Shown piece after piece: positions 1 to 7,917 of a stretch of DNA of 42,006 nucleotides. The notes below the pieces were generated by a model. That model saw only the letters and a program-made list of their open reading frames with translations. It did no database searches and was not told the DNA's origin. The position numbers were made by a program, and so were the translations under genes. The stretch spans positions 1 through 42,006 of the forward strand of contig JABDIZ010000363.1 in assembly GCA_013003465.1 (NCBI GenBank). The letters are read 5' to 3'. Source of the DNA: Rhodothermaceae bacterium (GTDB lineage Bacteria > Bacteroidota > Rhodothermia > Rhodothermales > Rubricoccaceae). Within the stretch, counting starts at the first letter, position 1, and each line of letters opens with the position of its first letter.

Positions 1-12
1 GAAGAAGGCACG

Positions 13-1017
13 GTGGGGGTGCACATCGCGGCCACGTCGCCCCTCTGGCAAGGCGTCGATCCCGATGCGGCGGCGTACCTGCTTGAAGCACTGTGGACCA
101 AGATGGAGGCTCAGAGCGTGGCGCTCCTGCGCTATGAGGATGAGGCCCACACCTACGTCGTGGAAGCGCTCATCAGTCAGGCTACCGCCCTCTCCACCGA
201 CGACCTGCGCGCCGCAGGCAACCTCCTCAGCGAGGTGCCCGACGACCGGTCCATCTCGTTGATCGAGACCGAGGCTCTGCTGTCGCTGAAGTACCACGCC
301 CACCCGGACGAGGCGGTGGGCTCGGGAGCGGCCCTGGCCCTGAACATCCCGGATGCCCGCGTGCTGCTGGTCGCGGATCAGGCGAAGGACGGGGAGCCGT
401 TCGACGAAGAGCAACTCGCCCTGCTCGGCTCGTACGCCGATCTGCTCAGTCGCCTCTTTACCGAGAGGCGTGTGGAGGGCGAGGATCTGCCCGAGGTGCC
501 TGCACGGACGGAGGCCATCCGGCCGATCGAGGCCAAGCCTGCTAAGCCCGAGCCCCCGGCGCCACGCAAGGAGGCCGCGCTCAACGAGGCCGAGGAGACG
601 TGGCCTCCGGTGCGCCCGCGCAGCGCCATTCTGGCCGATGAAATGGCTGAGGCCCGTAAGGAGGAGCGCCCGCTCGCCTTCGCGCTTGTCGTGCCGGAGG
701 GCGTGGAGACGCTGGCGTCCGGCACGGCCGAGGCGGTGGCCGAAGCCGAGACGCAACTGTTCGGTCGGTTACACCGGGTGGAAGGCACGGCCCGCGTCGA
801 GCGGTTTGGCGAGTTGCTCGCGGGTGTGTTCTGCTACGCCGGTCCGGCCTTCGTCGAAGCGTGGGCGACCCGCGTGGGGAATTCCGGCGAATCGGTGCAC
901 ATCGGCGTGGCCCTGTTGCGCGCGCGCCACACCGACCCGGAGATGCTTCGGGCGGATGCGGCGGCGGCGCTTCGGGAGGCCTACGAGCGCGGCGAACCCT
1001 GCGTGATCGTCGAGTGA
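13..1017 (+). CDS. Hypothetical signalling-type protein: GAF-like N-half plus a degenerate GGDEF-like C-half. Possibly 5'-truncated by the window edge.
   Basis: The reading frame is open from nt 1 (no stop before the GTG at 13), so the true start may lie upstream. The C-terminal ~120 aa follow GGDEF-domain spacing, but the signature is degenerate: VERFGELLAGVF where R-x-GGDEF is expected, and ADAAAALREAYERGE resembles AD-x-ALY-x-AK-x-G. The linker is Pro/Ala/Glu-rich. This is pattern recognition only. Confidence 0.6.
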   Translation: MGVHIAATSPLWQGVDPDAAAYLLEALWTKMEAQSVALLRYEDEAHTYVVEALISQATALSTDDLRAAGNLLSEVPDDRSISLIETEALLSLKYHAHPDEAVGSGAALALNIPDARVLLVADQAKDGEPFDEEQLALLGSYADLLSRLFTERRVEGEDLPEVPARTEAIRPIEAKPAKPEPPAPRKEAALNEAEETWPPVRPRSAILADEMAEARKEERPLAFALVVPEGVETLASGTAEAVAEAETQLFGRLHRVEGTARVERFGELLAGVFCYAGPAFVEAWATRVGNSGESVHIGVALLRARHTDPEMLRADAAAALREAYERGEPCVIVE

Positions 1018-1110
1018 GTGGGGGAGCGCCGAGCCTAGGTCCTGGGAAAGGTCCCTGCAGCCTTCCTGTCTATCCCTTCTCTTCTTTCCTTCCTTCCCCC
1101 TCCCTCAACC

Positions 1111-2301
1111 ATGCTCTTCGTTTCGATTGTGCTCGACGGCGTCGGGGTGGGCGATGGTCCCGATGCTGCGGCCTACGGCGATGTGGGAAGCGACACGCTC
1201 GGCCATGTTTGCCAGGTAGCGCAACCGCATCTCCCCCATTTTGCACGGCTCGGCCTGGGGCGCATCCGCTCACTGGAGGGTGTCGAGGCCGTGGCGGAGC
1301 CGATGGCCTCCTGGGGGCGCCTGACGGAGACGGCGGCAGGCAAGGACTCGACCACGGGCCACTGGGAACTGGCCGGGCTCATCCTCGATCAGCCCTTCCC
1401 GACCTACCCGGATGGCTTTCCGCCCGAGGTCATTGAGGCCTTCCTCCGCGAAACGGGCGTCGGTGGGGTGCTCGGTAACAAAGCCGCCTCCGGCACCGCC
1501 ATCATCGCCGAGCACGGAGCCGAGCACCAGCGCACGGGCTGGCCCATCGTCTACACCTCCGCCGACAGCGTCTTCCAGATCGCGGCGCACGTCGAGACGA
1601 TTCCGCTGGACGAGTTATACCGGCTCTGCACCGCCGCGCGGGAGCGCGTGTGTGTAGGCGAGCACACCGTCGGGCGGATCATTGCGCGGCCGTTTGAGAG
1701 CCTGCCCCGGACTCGATCCGGGGGTGCGCCAGGGAACTACCAGCGCATCTCGTCGGCGCGGAAGGACTTCTCGCTTGCCCCGACCGGCCCCACCGTCCAG
1801 GAGGCCCTGCAAGCGGCCGGGGTGCGGACGGTCGCCATTGGCAAGATCGCAGCGCTCTTCGGCGGCGTAGGCTTCGACGCGGAGATCGAGACGAAGGGTA
1901 ACGCCGACGGGATCGCCAAAACACTGGAAGCTATCGGCGAGGCGAAGGCCTCCGGTACGCCGACGTTCATCTGGACCAACCTCGTCGACTTCGACGAACG
2001 CTACGGCCACCGCAACGACCCCGACGGGTTCGCCCGTGCGCTCGAAGCCGTCGATGCGGTGCTGCCCGATCTCGTGGACGTGCTCCCCGACGGTGCGCGG
2101 CTGCTCTTCACCGCCGACCACGGCAACGATCCCACCTACCCCGGCACCGACCACACGCGGGAGCGCGTCCCGGTTCTGTTGCTCGAGAAAGGCGCGTCCG
2201 GCCGCGATCTGGGTACGCGATCCACCTACGCCGATCACGCCGCCACCATCGCGGTCACCTTCGGCGTGGACTACACAGGACCGGGCACCTCGTTCGGCTG
2301 A
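1111..2301 (+). CDS. deoB: Phosphopentomutase
   Basis: 396 aa. DeoB hallmarks are present: N-terminal VLDGVGVG, GKDSTTGHWE, TADHGNDPT and TDHTRERVPVLL. It is preceded by a 40-nt leader (1071-1110) containing no G. Confidence 0.95.
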   Translation: MLFVSIVLDGVGVGDGPDAAAYGDVGSDTLGHVCQVAQPHLPHFARLGLGRIRSLEGVEAVAEPMASWGRLTETAAGKDSTTGHWELAGLILDQPFPTYPDGFPPEVIEAFLRETGVGGVLGNKAASGTAIIAEHGAEHQRTGWPIVYTSADSVFQIAAHVETIPLDELYRLCTAARERVCVGEHTVGRIIARPFESLPRTRSGGAPGNYQRISSARKDFSLAPTGPTVQEALQAAGVRTVAIGKIAALFGGVGFDAEIETKGNADGIAKTLEAIGEAKASGTPTFIWTNLVDFDERYGHRNDPDGFARALEAVDAVLPDLVDVLPDGARLLFTADHGNDPTYPGTDHTRERVPVLLLEKGASGRDLGTRSTYADHAATIAVTFGVDYTGPGTSFG

Positions 2302-2624
2302 GCCATCGGCTCGGCGAGTCTGCGGCGCACCTTGCGGATCGTGGAAAACGCGCCGAAGACGACGAGGGCTACGATCACGCCGTAGACCCACCACGGGATG
2401 CCATGCCCGGCGACGAGGAGGTAGAGGTAGGCTGAGATGAAGAAGAAGCCTGTCAGGAAGGCGGGCAGCGTGGCGGGCTTCTTCTTCCGCAGGTTGCGGA
2501 TGGTCCACCCGAGGCTAAGCGTGAAGAACGGAATCGCGCCGACGTAGATCGCGCCGAAGATCAGCGGGTTGACGCCGTACTCGGCGCCGAGGCCGAGAAA
2601 CCACTCACGGAGGGCATCCCACAT
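2271..2624 (-). CDS. Small integral membrane protein, function unknown (117 aa)
   Basis: The start is trimmed to the internal ATG (MWDALREWF...), because the 64-aa extension in the ORF track is Arg/Ser-rich and crosses the divergent intergenic region. Three hydrophobic helices follow, then a basic tail (RKVRRRL). The 3' end overlaps deoB by 31 nt in convergent orientation. Confidence 0.6.
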   Translation of the reverse strand: MWDALREWFLGLGAEYGVNPLIFGAIYVGAIPFFTLSLGWTIRNLRKKKPATLPAFLTGFFFISAYLYLLVAGHGIPWWVYGVIVALVVFGAFSTIRKVRRRLAEPMAQPNEVPGPV

Positions 2625-2730
2625 GGAGTACCTGAGTTGGAGAGAGACCGGCCTCCAACGTGCGCCGCCGTACCGCGTTCTCACGCAGGGGTCACATGGA
2701 ACGGACCCGGCCTGGCGCGATACCTTCCGC

Positions 2731-2751
2731 TCTCCGCTCTCCGCTCTCCGC
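2731..2751. repeat. Heptanucleotide tandem repeat (TCTCCGC)x3
   Basis: Three perfect copies, read directly, preceded by a degenerate copy (CTTCCGC). They end 6 nt upstream of the thioesterase ATG. Confidence 0.9.
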
Positions 2752-2757
2752 CCCTCT

Positions 2758-3168
2758 ATGTCTGCCCTGCCCCCCGATCTCTTCGAGCGCGAGTCGCTCG
2801 ATACCACCCTCGGCATCGAGTACAGCGAACTGAGCGCCGACCGCGTCGTGGCGACGATGCCGGTGACACAGCGTGTGCATCAGCCGCTGGGCTATCTGCA
2901 CGGCGGTGCCAGCGTCGTGCTGGCCGAGTCCGTGGCCTCGATGGGTGCCAACGTCTCCGCGTTCCCTGATGGCAAGGCTGCGTTCGGGCTGGAGATCAAC
3001 GCCAACCACCTGCGCCCGAAGCAGGACGGCACGCTCACGGCTACGGCTGAGCCGCTACACAAGGGCCGCACGACGCACGTCTGGCAGGTGCGCATCACCG
3101 ACGAGGACGACCGGCTGGTTTGCGCTGCCCGTTGCACGCTCGCGCTGGTGGACGCCGATCAGCGCTGA
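2758..3168 (+). CDS. Hotdog-fold acyl-CoA thioesterase (PaaI/YbdB/DHNA-CoA hydrolase-like)
   Basis: 136 aa from the ATG at 2758. The sequence LGIEY..L..DRVVATMPV....HQPLGYLHGGASVVLAES......NHLRP...GTLTATA.PLHKGRTTHVWQV.I is the classic PaaI-type thioesterase pattern. The upstream part of the track ORF (2569-2757) lies in the divergent intergenic region and shows no family-like pattern, so I exclude it. Confidence 0.85.
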   Translation: MSALPPDLFERESLDTTLGIEYSELSADRVVATMPVTQRVHQPLGYLHGGASVVLAESVASMGANVSAFPDGKAAFGLEINANHLRPKQDGTLTATAEPLHKGRTTHVWQVRITDEDDRLVCAARCTLALVDADQR

Positions 3169-3413
3169 GCGCCACCCCGACGTGGCGCTCGACGGTGCCG
3201 CGTGGATTTCCGAGTAGGCTGCCCATAAGCTCGCGCGTTTCGGTCCCGCCCCGGAACCCTACCGCGAGGCCGACTGCCCCTCGACGAGGCCATCGGAACC
3301 CTCTGGCTGGCGACGGGCAATTTCCCCGCGGTCGATCCGCAGATCATTCGGGTGGAGGTCACCGGCGGCTGAGGCGTGCTACCTTCCGGCATCTGTCTTC
3401 TGTCTACCGACTC

Positions 3414-3758
3414 ATGCTTCTCGGCCAAGTCATCGGCACCGTCTGGGCCACGCGCAAAGACGAGCAACTCATCGGCTTCAAGTTCCTCATCGTCCGCGAG
3501 ATCGACCTCGACGGCACGCCACAGGCTAACTACGTCGTCGCGGCCGACAGCGTTGGGGCAGGCGAGGGCGAGACGGTCCTTGTGGCACAGGGCTCCTCGG
3601 GTCGCCAGACAGCGCTCACGCAGGGCAAGCCCATCGACGCCGTCATCATGGCCATCGTAGACCGCCTCGACGTGGTAGAGGGCACGGCGCGCATTGAGAC
3701 GCGCGCCGAGTCCACCGATCCGCTCGTCCTCCCTGTGGATGACCCCATTGGAGCCTAG
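3414..3758 (+). CDS. BMC vertex protein, EutN/CcmL (BMC-P) family, paralogue 1
   Basis: 114 aa from the ATG at 3414. MLLGQVIGTVWATRKD..L.G.KFLIV...D.DG.P....VAADSVGAGEGETVLVAQGSSGR......KPIDAVIMAIVDRLDV matches the EutN/CcmL pentamer pattern. It carries a ~24-aa C-terminal extension. The leader is G-poor. Confidence 0.85.
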   Translation: MLLGQVIGTVWATRKDEQLIGFKFLIVREIDLDGTPQANYVVAADSVGAGEGETVLVAQGSSGRQTALTQGKPIDAVIMAIVDRLDVVEGTARIETRAESTDPLVLPVDDPIGA

Positions 3759-3761
3759 ACG

Positions 3762-4034
3762 ATGAACCTCGGCCACGTCATCGGAAGCATCTGGGCGACG
3801 CGCAAGGATCCGTCCATCGAGGGCAAGCGGATGCTCCTCGTGCAGCCCCTCTTCGCCGACGGCTCGCCGAAAGGACGCCCCCTCGCTGCCCTTGACACGG
3901 CCGATGCCGGGCCGGGCGACCGCGTGCTCTACGTCACCAGCGCCGAGGCAGCGCTGCCCTTCCGTCCGCCCCAAGACCTGACAGCCTCCGACGCGACGAT
4001 TGTCGGGGTTGTGGACCGGGTGGATATTGGCTAG
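3762..4034 (+). CDS. BMC vertex protein, EutN/CcmL (BMC-P) family, paralogue 2
   Basis: 90 aa, starting 3 nt after the stop of paralogue 1. MNLGHVIGSIWATRKDPSIEGKRMLLVQPL..DGSP.G.PLAALDTADAGPGDRVLYV......SDATIVGVVDRVD is a canonical EutN/CcmL pattern. Confidence 0.85.
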   Translation: MNLGHVIGSIWATRKDPSIEGKRMLLVQPLFADGSPKGRPLAALDTADAGPGDRVLYVTSAEAALPFRPPQDLTASDATIVGVVDRVDIG

Positions 4035-5053
4035 CGTGATCGGCGCTCGTGGCGTTGGAAGAACCCGAACACGGCATGGGTGGCGTCGTAGCCTTCCGCT
4101 CGTCCAGGCCAGGTATGGTCCATCGCTGCCACGGCCACCAGCCGCACCGTGGCGCCAGCCCGGCAGCCCACGCGGTAGTCGTGTGTGGCGATGGGCCCGT
4201 CGAGGCGGTCGGCAATGCCCGTCGTGCCGGTCTTCTCCACCTGACTGATGTCGCAGCCGTTGGCCTCGGCCCACCAGTTGGCGTCGTACTCAGCGGCAAG
4301 GACCTGGAAGGTCCCGCTGGGCCGCACGCCTCCGTGGTAGACGACTACATCGTCTTGCAGCCCTTTCACGATCAGCATCGGGACGGGTGCCGTCGGTGTA
4401 GGCGCCATCGAGTAAGCGTAATCTGTGCGGCCCGTTGTCCGGCCCACGAAGCCCGCGACCGGGGCGGCCGCGGCGATCAGGTCCGGAGCCTCGGCCGCCA
4501 GGCGGTGCGTCATGTTGGCACCGTTCGAAAAACCCGTCGCATAGACCCGTGCTGGATCGACAGCCAGGCGATTCTGGAGGTCGGCCACGAGGGTGCGGAG
4601 AAAGCCCACATCATCACCGGCTGCTAGCGCAACCGCGTGCGGATCGTCGCGCGCGGGCCAGCACGCGCCGCGGCCGCTGAGGCACGGCCGCCCGTCCGGG
4701 AACGCGATCAGCCAGCCTCGTCGGTTGGCCTCGTCGAGCAGGTCCGGGTGCAGGCGCGCGAAGGCCTCTCCCGAACGGCCGGCCGCGTGGAGCGCCAGCA
4801 CGAGCGGTGTGGGGCGCCCAGGCACGTAGCCATCCGGAATCTGGACGAGGATGTCGCGGGCGGCGCCCGCGTACTGTAGCGTGTGGCGGTAGCGCCCCGG
4901 CGCCGCGGTCACCGTGTCGCGTATTGCAGGGGGCATCGTCGCGTTCGACGCTCCCCGTACGGCCGGTGCAGAGGCGCTCGATGAAGCCATGCATCCCGCG
5001 GAAGGCAGAGACAGCAGAACAAGGAGTAAGGGGAGACGAAGCAGCAGCGGCAT
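4031..5053 (-). CDS. Secreted lipoprotein esterase, PHB-depolymerase/LpqC family
   Basis: Signal peptide with lipobox (LSLPSAGC). Alpha/beta-hydrolase pattern PLVLALHAAGRSGE... with nucleophile elbow YATGFSNGANM. Its stop shares the CTAG tetranucleotide with the stop of the convergent EutN gene. Confidence 0.8.
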   Translation of the reverse strand: MPLLLRLPLLLVLLSLPSAGCMASSSASAPAVRGASNATMPPAIRDTVTAAPGRYRHTLQYAGAARDILVQIPDGYVPGRPTPLVLALHAAGRSGEAFARLHPDLLDEANRRGWLIAFPDGRPCLSGRGACWPARDDPHAVALAAGDDVGFLRTLVADLQNRLAVDPARVYATGFSNGANMTHRLAAEAPDLIAAAAPVAGFVGRTTGRTDYAYSMAPTPTAPVPMLIVKGLQDDVVVYHGGVRPSGTFQVLAAEYDANWWAEANGCDISQVEKTGTTGIADRLDGPIATHDYRVGCRAGATVRLVAVAAMDHTWPGRAEGYDATHAVFGFFQRHERRSR

Positions 5054-5150
5054 GGCGGTGCGTGAAGCGAGAAGAGGAGGTCGGCCGGTCGAGGCCAGCC
5101 GAGGTCTTCGTTCCCATACGCGCTTTCGCCGCGCCGGAGTTCAGCAAGGG

Positions 5151-5648
5151 CTACTGATTATCGCGACTCCGTTCCGGGCGCTCCCGTTCCGAACGGTCGC
5201 GATCCGAGCGATCACGGTCCTGCCGCTGCCGGTTAGGGCGGGGCTCGCGCGGCGCAGGCGTGATGCCCGGCAGTTCGCTGACGAGGGCATCGTAGCGGTT
5301 CTGCCAGGCGTCGAGGAAGGCCTGGCGCTCTTCCTGCAGGGCGCGGATTCGCTCCATGAAGGCTTGGCGCTCCTCCTCGGGGAGGGCCTGGATCGCCTCA
5401 CGGATGGCGCGGCGCTGTTCGCGCTCGGCGACCCGCTCAGGATCACGCTCACCGGCTTGGTCACGCTCGGCACGGCGCTCAGCGCGACGGGCCTCACGGT
5501 CGTCGTTGGTGCCTCGCTCGGCGCGCATGCGCCGCCGCTCTTCACGGGCTTCCTCGGTGCGCTCAGGGTTGGTTTCCTGGGCGAGGGTGGCTGGCGCGGC
5601 CACGAGCAGCAGCAGAGCGGCAAGACTGAAGAGAAAAAATCGGTTCAT
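5151..5648 (-). CDS. Secreted, highly charged Arg/Glu/Asp-rich protein, function unknown
   Basis: Clear signal peptide (MNRFFLFSLAALLLLVAAPATLAQE). The remainder is helical and low-complexity R/E-rich, with an RDRSDRDRSERERPERSRD tail. There is loose resemblance to periplasmic Spy/CpxP-type helical proteins, but no firm motif. Confidence 0.6.
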   Translation of the reverse strand: MNRFFLFSLAALLLLVAAPATLAQETNPERTEEAREERRRMRAERGTNDDREARRAERRAERDQAGERDPERVAEREQRRAIREAIQALPEEERQAFMERIRALQEERQAFLDAWQNRYDALVSELPGITPAPREPRPNRQRQDRDRSDRDRSERERPERSRDNQ

Positions 5649-5745
5649 GGTCGGAAGGGGCTAACGAAGGGAATCAATCAACGCAGATATGGGGCCAGAA
5701 TTGTCACAATCGTGTCGCATGGCACAATTCGGATCGAGTGTGCCC

Positions 5746-6414
5746 CTAGAGGACGTACTTGAGCGCCATGAAGCCGCCGATCAGCAGCACGACAAAGGCG
5801 ATGGTCAGCCAGCCGAGGTAGCGGTCGATGAACGCCTTGATGGGCTCGCCGAAGAAAAAGAACAGCGCGCCGACGAGGAAGAACCGCGCGGCACGGCTGA
5901 TGAGCGAGGCCACAAAGAATGTCGCGAGGTTGAGCTGGACGATGCCCGCCGTGATGGTGAACAGCTTGTAGGGGAGCGGCGTGAAGCCTCCGGCGAAGAT
6001 GGCGGCGAAGCCCAATTCACGGTACTTCGCGGCGACGGCCTCGAAGTTGGCCTCGGTGAAGCCGGGAATGTGGGCGAAGAAGAACTCAGCTAGGCCGCTG
6101 TAGGCCTGCGCGTCGGTGCCGATGGCGTCGTACCAGAGCCAGTAGCCGATGGCGTAGCCGCCGAAGGCGCCCAGCACCGAGCCCGCCGTGCAGACCGCCG
6201 CGAACCAGAACGCCCGGCGCGGCACGCTCACGCACAGGGCGATCAGCAGCACGTCCACTGGGATCGGGAAGAAGATCGACTCGCAAAACGCCAGCACGAA
6301 CAGAATGGCGACGGCATGGCGCTTCCGCGCCAAGCTCTCGACCCAGTCCTTGAGGCGGTAGAGCCAGCCGACGAGGCCGCTGTAGCGTTCGGCCGGTGTG
6401 AGGATGTTAGGCAT
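5746..6414 (-). CDS. YqaA/DedA (SNARE-associated) family membrane protein
   Basis: 222 aa and polytopic. ...FVLAFCESIFFPIPVDVLLIAL... and ...GGFTPLPYKLFTITAGI... are typical of the YqaA/DedA family. Confidence 0.8.
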   Translation of the reverse strand: MPNILTPAERYSGLVGWLYRLKDWVESLARKRHAVAILFVLAFCESIFFPIPVDVLLIALCVSVPRRAFWFAAVCTAGSVLGAFGGYAIGYWLWYDAIGTDAQAYSGLAEFFFAHIPGFTEANFEAVAAKYRELGFAAIFAGGFTPLPYKLFTITAGIVQLNLATFFVASLISRAARFFLVGALFFFFGEPIKAFIDRYLGWLTIAFVVLLIGGFMALKYVL

Positions 6415-6428
6415 AAACAGTTGGGGGA

Positions 6429-7073
6429 CTAGCCGCTCACGAGCGGCACGAAGCGGAACTCGGCGAAGGTCTCCTGCTCATACGTGGTTGCGCCGGTGCG
6501 CGTGATGCGGAGCATCCGTTGCCCGGTTCGATCGCCGACAGGAATGATAAGACGGGCGTCTGGCTTGCCTTCAGTCGGGAGGCGAAGCTGCTCGCGCAGC
6601 GCCTCCGGGACATCGAGGCCGCCCGCGGTCACGATGATGCCGTCGAAGGGGGCGAGGCCGGGCCAACCCTCCGTGCCGTCGCCGAGGCGGGTGCGGACGC
6701 GGTAGCCGAGCTTCTGAAGCAGCGCGTCGGTGCGGGTGAGCAGCGGCCCGTGCCGTTCAATAGAAAACACGCGGGCGCCCAACTCGGCCAGCACGGCCGC
6801 CTGGTAGCCGCTGCCAGTACCGACCTCCAGGATTCGCTCGCCGGGCTGCACGTCGAGGAGCACCGTCTGGTAAGCGACGGTGAACGGCTGCGAGATGGTC
6901 TGCTTGAGCCCGATGGGCAGGGCGACATCGTCGTAGGCCTTGGGCCGGAAGGCGTCGTCCACGAATTCGTGGCGGGGGATCGCTGCGATGGCGGCCAGCA
7001 CGCGTTCGTTCGCGATGCCCTTCTCACGAAGGGTCTCGATCAAGCGAGCACGGGCACGGTCGTAACGGCGCAT
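6429..7073 (-). CDS. pcm: Protein-L-isoaspartate O-methyltransferase
   Basis: 214 aa from the ATG at 7073; the longer track ORF would overlap cdaA. Motifs present: PRHEFV, TISQPF, and the SAM-binding ILEVGTGSGYQAAVLA, followed by DGIIVTAG. The leader is C/T-rich on the coding strand. Confidence 0.92.
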   Translation of the reverse strand: MRRYDRARARLIETLREKGIANERVLAAIAAIPRHEFVDDAFRPKAYDDVALPIGLKQTISQPFTVAYQTVLLDVQPGERILEVGTGSGYQAAVLAELGARVFSIERHGPLLTRTDALLQKLGYRVRTRLGDGTEGWPGLAPFDGIIVTAGGLDVPEALREQLRLPTEGKPDARLIIPVGDRTGQRMLRITRTGATTYEQETFAEFRFVPLVSG

Positions 7074-7089
7074 GGGGAACGGCCAGAAA

Positions 7090-7917
7090 TCAGGAGAGGG
7101 AATCGGAAGGCGAGGGCAACTCGGCCTCCGACGGCGCCGGGCGGTCCGGGGCAAAGGCTGCATTGAGCCGCGCTTCGACCTCGCCGATGCTCAGGTTGTA
7201 ATCGAGCTGGCCGTTCTCGGCGATGGAGATGGCGCCCGTCTCCTCGCTCGTCACGATGACGAACGCATCCGTGCGCTCGCTGAGCCCGATGGCCGCGCGG
7301 TGGCGCAACCCGAGGTGCGGGTCCAGCTTGCGGGCCTCCGAGACGGGGAAGATGCAGCGCGCGGCCTCAATCTTCTGCCCCTGGATGATGACGCCGCCAT
7401 CGTGCAGCGGCGAGTTGGGAAAGAAGATGCTCGTGAGGAGGTCGCGCTCCACATCGGCGTGGATGCGCGTGCCGCTCTCGATGTAGTTGCGGAGGCCCGT
7501 GGACCGAGCGAACGCGATCAGCGAGCCGATGCGGTTCTCACTCATCTCAGCGATGGCCGTGGCGACCTCGCCCGTGATCCGGGCGCGCGGCGATGTGGTG
7601 ACGAAGCGCCGCACGAGCGGGTTGTTGCCGAGCATAAAGAGCAGCCGCCGGATCTCGGGTGCGAACAGGATGATGATGGCCAACACGAACACCTCGCTGA
7701 CCGCGCTGAAGAGCGCCGTTAGCGTAGCGAGGCCGAACACTTGGATGAGCACGTTGAGGCCGTAAAGCGCCAGCAAGACGAGCGCGAGCTGGACGGCCAG
7801 CGTCCCCCGAATCAGGCGGTAGACCTGGTAGACGAGGAACGCCACGATGACGACATCCAGCACATCGAGCCAGCCGACGGGAAGGAAGCCGAAGTCTATG
7901 GCAAGCAGCGGCTTCAC
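7090..7917 (-). CDS. cdaA: Diadenylate cyclase (c-di-AMP synthase), CdaA type
   Basis: Three N-terminal TM helices followed by a DisA_N domain with SPLHDGGVII (DGA motif), GLRHRAAIGLSE (RHR motif) and VSEETGAISIA. The GTG start overlaps the folP stop (GTGA). Confidence 0.92.
   Translation of the reverse strand: MKPLLAIDFGFLPVGWLDVLDVVIVAFLVYQVYRLIRGTLAVQLALVLLALYGLNVLIQVFGLATLTALFSAVSEVFVLAIIILFAPEIRRLLFMLGNNPLVRRFVTTSPRARITGEVATAIAEMSENRIGSLIAFARSTGLRNYIESGTRIHADVERDLLTSIFFPNSPLHDGGVIIQGQKIEAARCIFPVSEARKLDPHLGLRHRAAIGLSERTDAFVIVTSEETGAISIAENGQLDYNLSIGEVEARLNAAFAPDRPAPSEAELPSPSDSLS

Noticed and set aside
2569-2757. Long N-terminal extensions offered by the ORF track. Examples: 2569-2757, 3120-3413, 2625-2816, 7074-7163, 8856-8996, 11917-12054, 14971-15087, 19340-19405, 19436-19522, 28560-28742, 28637-28768.
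   Set aside because: These extensions run through divergent or terminator-containing intergenic regions. They are Arg/Pro/Ser-rich, would bury signal peptides or lipoboxes internally, and in several cases would overlap the neighbouring gene. Internal ATGs preceded by G-poor leaders give family-typical N-termini.
3229-3372. A stop-free 48-codon frame in the 245-nt gap upstream of the EutN pair, ending ...LPLDEAIGTLWLATGNFPAVDPQIIRVEVTGG-stop. It could be a small gene or a gene remnant.
   Set aside because: There is no ATG, GTG or TTG start before the last few codons; only CTG occurs. I recognise no family pattern, and the length is within chance expectation for a GC-rich sequence. I leave it as an unannotated intergenic region.
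5679-5722. A 7-bp inverted repeat GAATTGT-N17-ACAATTC between the yqaA stop and the start of the charged secreted-protein gene, as a possible operator.
   Set aside because: The arms are short, the spacer is long, and no supporting second copy or T-tract is present. This is within chance for a ~100-nt region of lower GC.
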